From the NCBI GenBank assembly GCA_002353585.1, contig DEJW01000005.1:8155-72154 (forward strand): a stretch of DNA of 64,000 bases, in the 5' to 3' direction. Position numbers and translations under genes: made by a program. The notes beneath the pieces were generated by a model. It did no database searches. It was not told the DNA's origin and was given only the letters and a program-made list of their open reading frames with translations. Of this stretch, positions 46,909 to 57,534 are shown piece by piece (within the stretch, counting starts at the first letter, position 1; each line of letters opens with the position of its first letter). Origin of the DNA: Prevotellaceae bacterium UBA2738 (GTDB lineage: Bacteria; Bacteroidota; Bacteroidia; Bacteroidales; Bacteroidaceae).

Positions 46909-47283
46909 TTGGCAGTTACAGTAAAAATATCTATTGGTGCAAACGCAGACCGCGCGATACAGATGATGCGTGCCAGAAGTTTTTTGACAAAAGAATTCTC
47001 TGGTATTCGTTTCACGAAGATGGTCACTATGCCTGCCTATGACAAGCCTGACGATAAACTTTATTATTCAAACATGCTTGCCACCTTTAGCACAGAACTT
47101 GATGAGCAGTCGCTCATAATGCTACTGAAGAATGCAGAAATGGAACTCGATGATACGCCTGAATTACGTAAACGTGGCATAGTGATGATGGACCTTGACC
47201 TGTTGCAATATGGTGAAGAAAAACATCATACAGACGACTGGCAACGTACTTACGTTAAGCAACTTATGGAGGAATTAGGATAA
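46909..47283 (+). CDS. small HPPK (FolK)-like protein, divergent
   Basis: 124 aa with a TTG start. ISIGANADRA and MDLDLLQYGEE loosely resemble the HPPK LGSNLGDR and IDLDILLYG blocks. It is shorter than canonical FolK. Confidence 0.35.
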   Translation: MAVTVKISIGANADRAIQMMRARSFLTKEFSGIRFTKMVTMPAYDKPDDKLYYSNMLATFSTELDEQSLIMLLKNAEMELDDTPELRKRGIVMMDLDLLQYGEEKHHTDDWQRTYVKQLMEELG

Positions 47284-47329
47284 TTAATAACAGATTGGAA
47301 CTATAAAAAAGGCGATACACATATTTTTT

Positions 47330-47986
47330 TTGTTTCTCTCCTTTGTTATTATGGCTTACGGAGCAGAACCGGCATCAGTCCTTTTGGGTAAAGCAATAGA
47401 ATATTATCAGGGACGAAAATACCATGAGTGTATCCTCGCCTTTGAAAATCTGCGCCGACATTATCAGCTAAACCCACGATTTACTGCTTATCTCGGTTTT
47501 AGTTATTACAAAACGCAACAATATCCCGAAGCAATAGATTTTTTGGAGGAAAGCATTCCGTCATTAAAGGCTTATTCACCTCAAGAGCAGGCTGTATATC
47601 TATATGCTTGTGCTGAAAGCCATTTTGCTCTCACGCAATACAGTGAGGCTCTACCCTACTACACCCAAGCCTTACCTTTAATAAATGGATTGGATAAGGC
47701 TGATGTAAATTATCACATGGCTTTCTGCTATTATTTTCAGGGTACAGACAGCACGAGTGTTAATCAGACTATTCAACACTTTACTTCAGCAAACGATATC
47801 TATAGGGAGAGCGCACGTCAGTCTGCCCTTAGTGAACTTCATACAGCCCGTTTGTCGCAAACTGAGAATATGCTAAGAGCTTTACGCAAGTCACTACCAC
47901 AACAAGCTGATAGCATACCTGGTAAAGCTCCTATAGATAGTATAACTGCTAAGGTTCCAGTAGATAGTATTCCTACTTTACCGTAA
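47330..47986 (+). CDS. TPR-repeat protein
   Basis: 218 aa with TPR-like A/Y/L periodicity (GKAIEYYQGRKYHECILAFENL...AYLGFSYYKTQQYPEAIDFLEE). The start is uncertain (TTG at 47330 or ATG at 47351). Confidence 0.5.
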   Translation: MFLSFVIMAYGAEPASVLLGKAIEYYQGRKYHECILAFENLRRHYQLNPRFTAYLGFSYYKTQQYPEAIDFLEESIPSLKAYSPQEQAVYLYACAESHFALTQYSEALPYYTQALPLINGLDKADVNYHMAFCYYFQGTDSTSVNQTIQHFTSANDIYRESARQSALSELHTARLSQTENMLRALRKSLPQQADSIPGKAPIDSITAKVPVDSIPTLP

Positions 47987-48959
47987 CCCCGCAATACTTG
48001 ATAAGTTTTACTTTCTTACCCTTGGCTATTACAGGCTTCTGCCAAGTGCCGTCAAGTATTAGAATCTGAGTCTTCTTGCCCATAGGTGTAGCATCTACAG
48101 CCTCTTGAAGAGTGAGGTAATTGCCCCTACCTTTAGCTGATACCACATAATCATAATGACGAACAAATGGAGCCAGTTGAGGACAAACCTTTGCCATTTC
48201 ATCAACAAGCAGAGAAGCCATAAGTCGTGCGCCATAAACATTATAATGGGTGTTATCCTTACCATTATACTTTATCATGTGCAAATCGCGTGAACCCTCA
48301 ACGCCGAGACTATTCTCAAGGTCGGTAGAAATCTTGTTGGCATCAATATAAGGTACATTAAATTCCTTAGCTATCTGCTGTGGCACGCGAGCGTAGTCGC
48401 CATGAGTGTCAACAAGTGTATCGCTATTGACCTTTTCATTACCATTATACTTATCGCGATTAACGCTTCTAAGCGCTTCATCATCAATCTCCTCCTTTGT
48501 CTTAGCATTAAAGAAATTACGACGCGCAACACAATTCATTACGATTGGTGTTACACCCTTTTCCTTTGCAGCACGAATGAACATACGATAGTTGTCGGCA
48601 AACTCTTGCCAAGGACGAGTGTAGCGAAGGCTGTCAGTACGTTTTTCGTCATTATGACCAAACTGAATCACAAGGTAATCGCCAGGCTGCATCTTATCCA
48701 ACACCTTCTGCCAACGTCCTTCGTTGATGAATGACTTAGAAGAACGACCGTTTATTGCGTGGTTGTCTATCTTCACATTCTCAGTAAAGAATCCTTGAAG
48801 CACCATACCCCATCCTCTCTCTTCTGGGGCTTTCTTCATATTCTTATCAGCCATAGTTGAGTCACCAATCATGTAGATGGTGAATTGTTTGTTGGATGAG
48901 GTGAGCATAAACGTCATAGCCATCACCAATACAAGGCTCATAATCTTTCTCATAGTCAA
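47973..48959 (-). CDS. SGNH/GDSL hydrolase (rhamnogalacturonan-acetylesterase-like) with a short pectinesterase-like C-terminal tail
   Basis: 328 aa with a signal peptide, block I IYMIGDSTMAD, block III GHND and a C-terminal DxxH region. The tail GNYLTLQEAVDATP resembles the start of CE8 domains. Confidence 0.7.
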   Translation of the reverse strand: MTMRKIMSLVLVMAMTFMLTSSNKQFTIYMIGDSTMADKNMKKAPEERGWGMVLQGFFTENVKIDNHAINGRSSKSFINEGRWQKVLDKMQPGDYLVIQFGHNDEKRTDSLRYTRPWQEFADNYRMFIRAAKEKGVTPIVMNCVARRNFFNAKTKEEIDDEALRSVNRDKYNGNEKVNSDTLVDTHGDYARVPQQIAKEFNVPYIDANKISTDLENSLGVEGSRDLHMIKYNGKDNTHYNVYGARLMASLLVDEMAKVCPQLAPFVRHYDYVVSAKGRGNYLTLQEAVDATPMGKKTQILILDGTWQKPVIAKGKKVKLIKYCGVTVK

Positions 48960-48977
48960 TAGAATTATGTTGTTTGT

Positions 48978-50381
48978 TTAACCTTTTATCTTTTCCAGCA
49001 GTTCCTGTGGAGTTAACAGTTGCTGTTCACCAGTTGTCATATTCTTCAGCGTAACCTTACCTTCCTTGATTTCGTTGTCACCAGCAAGTGCAACATAAGG
49101 AATGTTGAGAGCGTTGGCATATGACATCTGTTTTTTCATCTTGGCTGATTCAGCGTAGATTTCGGTACGAATGCCAGCCTTACGTGCCTTTTGAGCTATA
49201 GGCATACAATAAGCTGTCTCTGCCTCACCAAAGTTGATGAAAAGCAGTTGGGTACCTGTGATAGTCTCCTTAGGATAGAGGTCGAGTTGGTTGAGCACAT
49301 CATATATACGGTCAGCACCAAATGAAATACCTACACCACTAAGACCAGGCATTCCAAATATACCTGTGAGGTTATCGTAACGGCCACCACCAGTTATGCT
49401 GCCAATCTGTACATCAAGAGCCTTAACCTCGAAGATAGCACCAGTATAGTAATTCAGTCCACGGGCAAGGGTAAGGTCGAGTTGCACCATAGCACTACCC
49501 CATCCTTCTCTTTCAGGCAGAGTGTCAACACCATTAGTGTTAAGTGCTCCGAGGTGGTCAAGGATGTAACGCATCTCTTCCACTCCCTTCATACCTATTT
49601 CAGACTCGCTCAGCACACTTGCTATTGTGTCGAGTTTCTGGGCATTAGTGCCTTCTAACTTAATTATAGGCTGTAGTTTTGCAATTGCATCTTCTGAAAT
49701 ACCATCAGCACGAAGTTCGTCATTAACTGCATCCAGTCCTATCTTATCAAGTTTGTCTATAGCAACGGTAATGTCAACAATCTTGTCGGCCTCGCCTATT
49801 ACCTCAGCAATACCAGTAAGAATCTTACGATTGTTAATCTTTATCTGTACGCGAACGCCGAAAGATGTAAAGATATCATCTGTTATCTGCATGAGGTCGA
49901 CCTCGTTGAGCAGAGAGTCAGAGCCAACAACATCGACATCACACTGATAGAACTCACGATAACGTCCTTTCTGTGGACGGTCAGCACGCCATACGGGTTG
50001 TATCTGGTAGCGTTTGAAAGGCAACTGCAATTCCTCACGATGTTGCACCACATAACGAGCAAATGGCACGGTGAGGTCGTAACGAAGTCCCTTCTCGCAG
50101 AATTTGGAAGCCAATTTGAGTGTGCTGGTATTAGCCACCTCATCAGCTGTCATACCATGCAGGAAATCACCTGAGTTAAGTATCTTAAACAAGAGTTTGT
50201 CACCTTCTTCGCCATACTTACCCATGAGAGTAGAAAGGTTCTCCTGTGCAGGTGTCTCTATCTGACGGAATCCGTAGAGTTCAAACACCTTGCGAACAGT
50301 ATTAAAGATGTAGTTGCGCTTTGCCATCTCCAATGGTCCAAAGTCGCGTGTTCCTTTAGGTATGCTTGGTTTTTGTGCCAT
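48978..50381 (-). CDS. hisS: histidine--tRNA ligase
   Basis: 467 aa containing KGTRDF, class II motifs FRYERPQKGR-like [19 protein letters not shown] and GGGRYD. Confidence 0.95.
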   Translation of the reverse strand: MAQKPSIPKGTRDFGPLEMAKRNYIFNTVRKVFELYGFRQIETPAQENLSTLMGKYGEEGDKLLFKILNSGDFLHGMTADEVANTSTLKLASKFCEKGLRYDLTVPFARYVVQHREELQLPFKRYQIQPVWRADRPQKGRYREFYQCDVDVVGSDSLLNEVDLMQITDDIFTSFGVRVQIKINNRKILTGIAEVIGEADKIVDITVAIDKLDKIGLDAVNDELRADGISEDAIAKLQPIIKLEGTNAQKLDTIASVLSESEIGMKGVEEMRYILDHLGALNTNGVDTLPEREGWGSAMVQLDLTLARGLNYYTGAIFEVKALDVQIGSITGGGRYDNLTGIFGMPGLSGVGISFGADRIYDVLNQLDLYPKETITGTQLLFINFGEAETAYCMPIAQKARKAGIRTEIYAESAKMKKQMSYANALNIPYVALAGDNEIKEGKVTLKNMTTGEQQLLTPQELLEKIKG

Positions 50382-51653
50382 TTATTTTCTTACGATTGTT
50401 TGTTCACGGTCAGGACCGATAGAAATGATAGTGATAGGAGTCTCGAGTTGTTCCTCAAGGAACTTGATGTAGTTCTTGAATGCCTCGGGGAACTGTTCCT
50501 CGCTGGTGAACTTAGTCATATCGGTTTGCCAACCAGGCAACTCCTTATATACAGGCTCTATGCCACTCTCTATGTCATAAGGGAAATCAGGTGTCTCTAC
50601 ACCATTCACCTTATATGCTACACAAGCCTTGATGGTCGCAAAAGTGTCAAGTACGTCACTCTTCATCATGATGAGTTGTGTAACACCATTCACCATGATA
50701 GAATAGCGTAATGCTACGAGATCAATCCATCCACAACGACGCTCACGACCTGTAACGGCACCATACTCATGACCTATATCGCGCATCTTCTTGCCTGTCT
50801 CGTCAAAGAGTTCTGTAGGGAAAGGACCGGCTCCAACACGTGTGCAGTAAGCCTTCATGATGCCATAAACCTCACCAATCTTGTTTGGACCGAGTCCGAG
50901 ACCAGTACAAGCACCTGCACAGATGGTGTTAGAAGATGTTACGAAAGGATAAGAACCAAAATCAACATCGAGCATGGTGCCCTGAGCACCCTCGCAGAGA
51001 ACTGATTTACCTGACTTGAGAGCTTTGTTGATAGCGTGTTCTGAGTCAACCAACTGGAACTGACGCAGGTATTCGATACCCTCCATCCAGTGTTTCTCTA
51101 TATCAGTGATGTCGTAATCTGTATAGCCCATAGCTTTGAGAGTTTCCTCATGCTTTGCTTTATGAGCAGCATACTTTTCATCAAAGTTGTTGAGGATATC
51201 ACCAACACGCAGACCTGTACGAGCTATCTTATCTGAATAAGTAGGACCGATACCCTTACCTGTAGTGCCAACCTTATTCTTACCCTTTGAAGCTTCTATT
51301 GCAGCATCGAGCACGCGGTGAGTAGGCATAATGAGGTGAGCCTTCTTAGATATGCACAGACGTGATTTAAGGTCGTGACCTGACTTCTCCAAATCTTTAG
51401 CTTCATCCATAAACAGGTCTGGAGCGAGCACTACACCATTACCTATGATATTCACCTTACCACCCTGGAATATACCAGAAGGAATAGAACGGAGAACATA
51501 TTTCTCGCCATTAAACTCCAGTGTGTGACCAGCATTAGGACCACCCTGGAAACGAGCAATTATATCATACTTTGGCGTGAGCACGTCAACAACCTTGCCT
51601 TTACCTTCGTCGCCCCACTGCAAGCCGAGGAGCACATCTACTTTTCCTGTCAT
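50382..51653 (-). CDS. purA: adenylosuccinate synthase
   Basis: 423 aa containing GLQWGDEGKGK, GPNAGHT, TTGKGIGPTY and GAVTGR. It abuts hisS with no gap. Confidence 0.95.
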   Translation of the reverse strand: MTGKVDVLLGLQWGDEGKGKVVDVLTPKYDIIARFQGGPNAGHTLEFNGEKYVLRSIPSGIFQGGKVNIIGNGVVLAPDLFMDEAKDLEKSGHDLKSRLCISKKAHLIMPTHRVLDAAIEASKGKNKVGTTGKGIGPTYSDKIARTGLRVGDILNNFDEKYAAHKAKHEETLKAMGYTDYDITDIEKHWMEGIEYLRQFQLVDSEHAINKALKSGKSVLCEGAQGTMLDVDFGSYPFVTSSNTICAGACTGLGLGPNKIGEVYGIMKAYCTRVGAGPFPTELFDETGKKMRDIGHEYGAVTGRERRCGWIDLVALRYSIMVNGVTQLIMMKSDVLDTFATIKACVAYKVNGVETPDFPYDIESGIEPVYKELPGWQTDMTKFTSEEQFPEAFKNYIKFLEEQLETPITIISIGPDREQTIVRK

Positions 51654-51722
51654 ATATTTATTTTGTTTTAGTTTTATATTCTATTATTTCAGACTTATAC
51701 AAATTATAGCATGTTACTACAA

Positions 51723-53420
51723 CTAATCTTGAGAATGACGTGAGCATTCTGCTGCTGCCTGAACAACGTTGATTATATAGTCACCAAGTTTTTCACACTC
51801 GTTAATAAAGTCTGTGTAATATACACCTAACTGATAAGAGTACTGACCATTACCTATATCGGTAAGGTTCTGTCCCTTGAGGTGTGAACGATAGTTATTT
51901 ATCTCATTCTCTATATTTCTTGATTTGGTGTATGATATTCCCTGAGCATCAGGATGAGCCACCATCTTCACCATTTCAGTCATAGCACTGTCAACGAGTA
52001 CGAGCATAGAGTTCAGATGTTCCATCTGGTCTGCAGTAAACTGCTCTTTCACATTCTTGCGACGACGGTTAAGGGTTCGCGCAAGATTATAGAGTGAATC
52101 GCCAATTGACTCCAATTCATCAATCTGGCGCATCATACGCTGTATGCGTCCCTTAGACTCATCAGACAGCCTACCCTCGCTCACCTTATTGAGATAGTTG
52201 GCTATCTCCACTTCCATATTATCGGTGATATTTTCATATTTCTCTATACGAGAGAATTTTTTGGTAAACTCATCATCCTTCTCCACTTTCATTATGTCAA
52301 CCACAAGACCAAACATCTTGTAGCAACGTTCAGCAAAGTTGTTGATTTCTTTTTTTGCCTCAAGAATTGAGAGCTCGGCAGTAGAAAGAAGACCTGCTGA
52401 AATGAAACGCAAGCGATATTCCTCGTCCTGTTCCTTCTGTGGCAATACTGCACATACGAACTTCTCTATCTGAGGAACGAACCATATGAGCAGCAAGGTG
52501 TTGAGGACATTGAATGCCGTGTGGAATGCTGACAGCTTGTACATATCGTTACCGGTATGCATTACGTCAACTGCAAACCAATCTACAGCACGACAAGCTG
52601 GATAGAAAACTATCAATACTGCAACCACGCCAAACACATTGAAGAACATGTGTGCAAGAGCAGCGCGGCGAGCCTGTGTGTTTGCTGCCAGTGACGCCAT
52701 GAATGCCGTTATCGTAGTACCTATATTCTGACCCATGGCGAGAGCTGCAGCCTGTTCAAAGCCGAAGCCAGGGATATGCATATCAAAGAGCATCAAGGTG
52801 ATAGCCATCGTAGCAGCAGAAGCCTGAACTATCATGGTTACCAATGCACCAACAAACACAAACAGCAGTATGGTAAAGAAGCTGTCACCAGGAATAGTGG
52901 CAAGCATATTAGCCGTTATGGTACCAATATCCAGACTTGTTGCAGCCTGCTGCAGGAAGGCAAGTCCCATAAAGAGGAACGAGAATCCGAACAGGAACTC
53001 ACCGATACTCTTCTTGCTCGACTTACTCGAGAATATCAGCGGCATACCGATGGCAAGCAAAGGAATGGCGAACGCAGCTATGTCAACCTTAAAACCTATG
53101 GCTGATATTACCCATGCCGTAACCGTAGTACCGATATTGGCACCCATTATGACACCTATAGCCTGTGCAAGGTTCATCAGTCCGGCATTCACAAAGCTTA
53201 CGACCATTACGGTGGTAGCCGATGACGACTGTATAATAGCCGTTATTATGATACCAGTAATGACGCCCATAAAGCGGTTATTGGTCATAGCCGCAAGAAT
53301 GGCGCGCAACTTACTACCTGCAAACTTCTCCAATCCCTCACTCATTATCTTCATTCCGTATAGGAACAAGGCGAGCGAGCCTAACAGGGAGAATAGGTTG
53401 ATGATCGTATCCATGAACAA
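51723..53420 (-). CDS. Na+/phosphate cotransporter (NptA/PhoU-domain) family protein
   Basis: 565 aa with duplicated membrane repeats (QSSSATT / ASAATMA) and a C-terminal PhoU-like helical domain. Confidence 0.85.
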   Translation of the reverse strand: MFMDTIINLFSLLGSLALFLYGMKIMSEGLEKFAGSKLRAILAAMTNNRFMGVITGIIITAIIQSSSATTVMVVSFVNAGLMNLAQAIGVIMGANIGTTVTAWVISAIGFKVDIAAFAIPLLAIGMPLIFSSKSSKKSIGEFLFGFSFLFMGLAFLQQAATSLDIGTITANMLATIPGDSFFTILLFVFVGALVTMIVQASAATMAITLMLFDMHIPGFGFEQAAALAMGQNIGTTITAFMASLAANTQARRAALAHMFFNVFGVVAVLIVFYPACRAVDWFAVDVMHTGNDMYKLSAFHTAFNVLNTLLLIWFVPQIEKFVCAVLPQKEQDEEYRLRFISAGLLSTAELSILEAKKEINNFAERCYKMFGLVVDIMKVEKDDEFTKKFSRIEKYENITDNMEVEIANYLNKVSEGRLSDESKGRIQRMMRQIDELESIGDSLYNLARTLNRRRKNVKEQFTADQMEHLNSMLVLVDSAMTEMVKMVAHPDAQGISYTKSRNIENEINNYRSHLKGQNLTDIGNGQYSYQLGVYYTDFINECEKLGDYIINVVQAAAECSRHSQD

Positions 53421-53456
53421 CTCTTTGAACTGTTATACTTTTTAACTCTTGAACTA
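53421..53456 (+). repeat. TTGAAC mini-array (TTTGAACT / TTTAACT / CTTGAACT)
   Basis: Lies in the spacer between the Na/Pi transporter start and the folD stop. Confidence 0.7.
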
Positions 53457-54332
53457 TTTATAGTATTCTTTCTTGCCTGCAGCCAGAGTATTCTTCATCA
53501 GCGAGCAGATTGTCATAGGTCCTACTCCGCCTGGTACAGGTGTGATAAACGAACACTTAGGTGCTACATTCTCGAAATCCACATCACCAGAGAGACGGAA
53601 ACCACTCTTGCGAGTAGCGTCAGGCACTCTTGTAGTACCTACATCTACTATTACGGCACCATCCTTCACCATATCAGCGGTTACAAAGGCTGGTCGTCCT
53701 ATTGCCGCTATGATAATGTCAGCCTCGCGACATTCCTTCTTCAGGTCGGCAGAACGTGAGTGACACACCGTAACGGTAGCATCACCATATTGCTTCTGCA
53801 TCATCAGTTGAGCCATAGGCTTACCTACGATATTAGAACGTCCGAGTATCACGCATTTCTTGCCACTCGTCTCTATATTGTAACGCTTCAGCAGGGTTAT
53901 GATACCCAAAGGAGTGGCTGAGATGAAGCAAGGCAGACCGATAGCCATTCGTCCCACGTTGATAGGATGGAAACCGTCCACATCCTTACGATAGTCTATT
54001 GCCTCAATGATTTTCTGCTCATTGATATGCTTGGGCAGAGGCAACTGAACGATGAATCCGTCAACATCATCATCCTTGTTTAACTTATCTACACAAGTCA
54101 GAAGTTCCTCTTCGGTAATATTGTCCTCAAAACGGATGAGCGTTGATTTGAATCCACACGCCTCACAAGCCAGAACCTTGTTCTTGACGTATGTCTCTGA
54201 GCCTCCGTCATGACCTACGAGTACAGCAGCCAGATGTGGTTGCTTACCACCCTTAGCCATTATTTCCTTCACCTCTTCAGCAATCTCCGCCTTTATGGCT
54301 GTTGCTGTTGCTTTACCATCAATGAGCTTCAT
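53454..54332 (-). CDS. folD: bifunctional methylenetetrahydrofolate dehydrogenase / methenyl-THF cyclohydrolase
   Basis: 292 aa containing [25 protein letters not shown] and [11 protein letters not shown]. Confidence 0.95.
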   Translation of the reverse strand: MKLIDGKATATAIKAEIAEEVKEIMAKGGKQPHLAAVLVGHDGGSETYVKNKVLACEACGFKSTLIRFEDNITEEELLTCVDKLNKDDDVDGFIVQLPLPKHINEQKIIEAIDYRKDVDGFHPINVGRMAIGLPCFISATPLGIITLLKRYNIETSGKKCVILGRSNIVGKPMAQLMMQKQYGDATVTVCHSRSADLKKECREADIIIAAIGRPAFVTADMVKDGAVIVDVGTTRVPDATRKSGFRLSGDVDFENVAPKCSFITPVPGGVGPMTICSLMKNTLAAGKKEYYK

Positions 54333-54377
54333 AGTGACAATTTTAATATTTATCCTTACTAATCTTAATTTGCTTGA

Positions 54378-55754
54378 TTACAGTTTAGGCATTCCACCCA
54401 TCATACCAGGCATTCCGCCTTTCATACCCTTCATCATACCAGCCATCTTCATCATGTTCGCCATCTTGTTGCCTTGGAACATACGCATCATCTTGCGCAT
54501 CTGGTCAAACTGCTTTATCAGTCGGTTTACCTCCTGAATATCAGTACCTGAACCTTTGGCAATACGTTGTTTACGTGACAGGTTGAGTATTTCCGGGTTC
54601 TGACGCTCTTTAGGTGTCATAGACTGAATGATAGCCTCTATACCCTTGAAGGCATCGTCAGGAATGTCCACATCCTTTATTGCTTTGCCTACTCCTGGAA
54701 TCATGCCAGCCAGATCCTTGATGTTACCCATCTTCTTTATTTGCTGTATCTGTCCAAGGAAATCGTCAAAGTCAAACTTATTCTTAGCAATCTTCTTCTG
54801 CAGACGCTTAGCCTCTTCAAGGTCAAACTGCTCCTGAGCGCGTTCAACGAGTGATACAACATCGCCCATACCGAGTATTCTGTCTGCCATACGGTCTGGG
54901 TGGAACACGTCGAGTGCTTCCATCTTCTCGCCCGTACCGATGAACTTGATAGGCTTAGTAACAACAGTACGTATAGAGAGAGCCGCACCGCCGCGAGTGT
55001 CACCATCGAGTTTGGTGAGTATCACACCGTCTATCTCCAGTCGCTCGTTGAATATCTTAGCTGTATTGACAGCATCCTGACCAGTCATTGAATCGACTAC
55101 GAGAAGTGTCTCGTTAGGATTGGTCGCCTTCTTGATATTCTCAGCCTGCTGCATGAGTTCCTCGTCAATAGACTGACGACCAGCGGTATCAATGATTACT
55201 ACATCGTAAGCCTTCGCCTTCGCCTCCTGAATAGCGTTGAGAGCCACCTTTACAGGGTCTGTCGCGCCCTGTTCTATGTAGCAAGGCACCTCCACTTGAT
55301 CAGCCAGCACCTTCAACTGCTCCATAGCAGCAGGACGGAAGGTGTCACAGGCTGCAAGAAGAGGCTTCTTGTGTAGTTTATTCTTCAGGTAGAGAGCCAG
55401 TTTGCCTGACATAGTGGTCTTACCAGCACCATTCAGACCCGCCATCATTATTACGGCAGGGTGTCCGCTAACCTTCAGTTCCTCAGCTGTTCCACCCATC
55501 AGTTCTGCCAGTTCGTCGTGAACCAGCTTCACCATGAGTTGTCCTGGCTTGATGGCTGTCAGCACATTCATTCCCAGAGCCTTCTGCTTTACGGTATCTG
55601 TGAATGTCTTGGCTACCTTATAGTTTACGTCGGCGTCAAGCAGCGCTCTGCGTACGTCTTTTAATGTTTCAGCAACATTTATCTCGGTGATTTTTCCTTC
55701 ACCTTTGAGTATCTTAAACGAACGTTCAAGTCTATCTGATAGATTTTCAAACAT
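54378..55754 (-). CDS. ffh: signal recognition particle protein
   Basis: 458 aa with MFENLSDRL, GLNGAGKTT, DTAGR, TKLDGD and a Met-rich M domain. Confidence 0.95.
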   Translation of the reverse strand: MFENLSDRLERSFKILKGEGKITEINVAETLKDVRRALLDADVNYKVAKTFTDTVKQKALGMNVLTAIKPGQLMVKLVHDELAELMGGTAEELKVSGHPAVIMMAGLNGAGKTTMSGKLALYLKNKLHKKPLLAACDTFRPAAMEQLKVLADQVEVPCYIEQGATDPVKVALNAIQEAKAKAYDVVIIDTAGRQSIDEELMQQAENIKKATNPNETLLVVDSMTGQDAVNTAKIFNERLEIDGVILTKLDGDTRGGAALSIRTVVTKPIKFIGTGEKMEALDVFHPDRMADRILGMGDVVSLVERAQEQFDLEEAKRLQKKIAKNKFDFDDFLGQIQQIKKMGNIKDLAGMIPGVGKAIKDVDIPDDAFKGIEAIIQSMTPKERQNPEILNLSRKQRIAKGSGTDIQEVNRLIKQFDQMRKMMRMFQGNKMANMMKMAGMMKGMKGGMPGMMGGMPKL

Positions 55755-55762
55755 ATTGTGTT

Positions 55763-56896
55763 TTATCTGTTTTTATACATATTCTCGTAATACTTCTCGT
55801 AATCGCCAGAAGTTACGTTCTTCATCCATGCCTCGTTGTCGAGGTACCACTTCACGGTCTTCTCTATGCCCTCCTCAAACTGCAGGCTTGGTTCCCAACC
55901 GAGTTCCTTCTGCAACTTGGTTGAGTCGATAGCATAGCGGGCATCATGTCCCAAGCGGTCGGTAACGTAGGTGATGAGGTTCATATCCTCACCCTCTGCC
56001 CTGCCGAGCAGGCGGTCAACGGTCTTGATGACGGTCTTGATGATGTCGATATTCTTCCACTCGTTGAAACCACCAATGTTGTATGTCTCAGCAATCTTTC
56101 CCTTATGGAATATCACGTCGATAGCCCTTGCGTGGTCTTCCACATAGAGCCAGTCGCGCACGTTCTCGCCCTTGCCATATACTGGCAGAGGTTTCTTGTT
56201 CCTTATATTATTTATAAATAAAGGTATAAGTTTCTCTGGGAACTGGTAAGGACCATAGTTGTTAGAGCAATTGGTAACAATCGTAGGCATACCGTAGGTA
56301 TCGTGGAAAGCGCGGACAAAGTGGTCTGAGCTTGCCTTTGAGGCTGAATAAGGTGAGTGAGGGTTATACTTCGTGGTCTCATAGAAGAAATCCTTGCCAT
56401 AAGCCAGGTGGTGCTCACTCGAACTTGCTGTAGTAGTAAATGGTGGCTCTATGCCCTCTGGGTTTGTCATCTGCAAGGCACCATACACCTCATCGGTTGA
56501 GATGTGGTAAAAGCGCTTGCCCTCGTATTTCTCTGACAACGACTCCCAATAGAGCTTTGCTGCCTGCAGCAGGGTCAGCGTTCCCATCACGTTGGTACGG
56601 GCAAAGGTGAACGGGTCTTTGATGCTACGGTCAACGTGACTTTCAGCAGCCAGATGTATTATACCGTCTATCTTCTCGTCCTGCATCAGTTTGTAGAAAG
56701 CATCAAAATCGCAGATGTCCATCCTCACAAACTTATAGTTGGGCTTCGTCTCCACATCCTTCAGGTTTTCGAGATTACCTGCATAGGTTAGTTTGTCGAG
56801 GTTTATGATGTTATACTCAGGATACTTATTCACGAATAGACGTACCACATGACTGCCTATAAAGCCTGCTCCGCCTGTTATTACAATATTCTTCAT
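55763..56896 (-). CDS. rfbB: dTDP-glucose 4,6-dehydratase
   Basis: 377 aa containing TGGAGFIGS, HLAAESHVDRS and YSASKASSDH. Confidence 0.9.
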   Translation of the reverse strand: MKNIVITGGAGFIGSHVVRLFVNKYPEYNIINLDKLTYAGNLENLKDVETKPNYKFVRMDICDFDAFYKLMQDEKIDGIIHLAAESHVDRSIKDPFTFARTNVMGTLTLLQAAKLYWESLSEKYEGKRFYHISTDEVYGALQMTNPEGIEPPFTTTASSSEHHLAYGKDFFYETTKYNPHSPYSASKASSDHFVRAFHDTYGMPTIVTNCSNNYGPYQFPEKLIPLFINNIRNKKPLPVYGKGENVRDWLYVEDHARAIDVIFHKGKIAETYNIGGFNEWKNIDIIKTVIKTVDRLLGRAEGEDMNLITYVTDRLGHDARYAIDSTKLQKELGWEPSLQFEEGIEKTVKWYLDNEAWMKNVTSGDYEKYYENMYKNR

Positions 56897-56924
56897 ATTC
56901 AGTGAATTGATGTTCTTTATTCGT

Positions 56925-57509
56925 TTAATACAGACTCACATTGATGTCGAATGGTGAATCAAAATCCTTCAGCAGGGCGTGCTTGGTGTCTTTATCTGAC
57001 AGCAACACCTTGTCTGTAGGTATCTTCCAGTCTATGCCCAGACTATCGTCGGCTATTGATATGCCACCGTCAGCCTCAGGATGATAGAACTCATCACATT
57101 TGTATTGGAAAATGGCAATGTCAGAGAGTACGGCAAAGCCATGAGCAAAACCTCTCGGCACAAAGAACTGGCGATGGTTGTCTTCAGTCAGCTCTACAGC
57201 TACATGCTTGCCGTATGTAGGTGAGCCCTTACGTATGTCAACAGCCACATCGAGCACCTTGCCACGAACGCAACGCACCAGCTTTGACTGGGTGTATGGC
57301 GGACGCTGGAAATGCAGTCCTCGCATCACTCCGTATGACGACATTGACTCGTTGTCTTGCACGAAGTTGATAGTGTGACCCAGAATGGTTGCCACCTTCT
57401 CATCAAACTCCCTCTGTGAGAATGACTCAAAAAAGTACCCTCGCGCGTCCTTAAACACACGGGGTTCTATTATCAATACATCCTTTATTTCAGTCTGTAT
57501 AACTTCCAT
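56925..57509 (-). CDS. rfbC: dTDP-4-dehydrorhamnose 3,5-epimerase
   Basis: 194 aa containing FKDARGYFFE, RGLHFQ, KLVRCVRGKVLDVAVD and PRGFAHGF. Confidence 0.9.
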   Translation of the reverse strand: MEVIQTEIKDVLIIEPRVFKDARGYFFESFSQREFDEKVATILGHTINFVQDNESMSSYGVMRGLHFQRPPYTQSKLVRCVRGKVLDVAVDIRKGSPTYGKHVAVELTEDNHRQFFVPRGFAHGFAVLSDIAIFQYKCDEFYHPEADGGISIADDSLGIDWKIPTDKVLLSDKDTKHALLKDFDSPFDINVSLY

Positions 57510-57534
57510 TTTCTCTCGTTTTATAGCCGAAATC

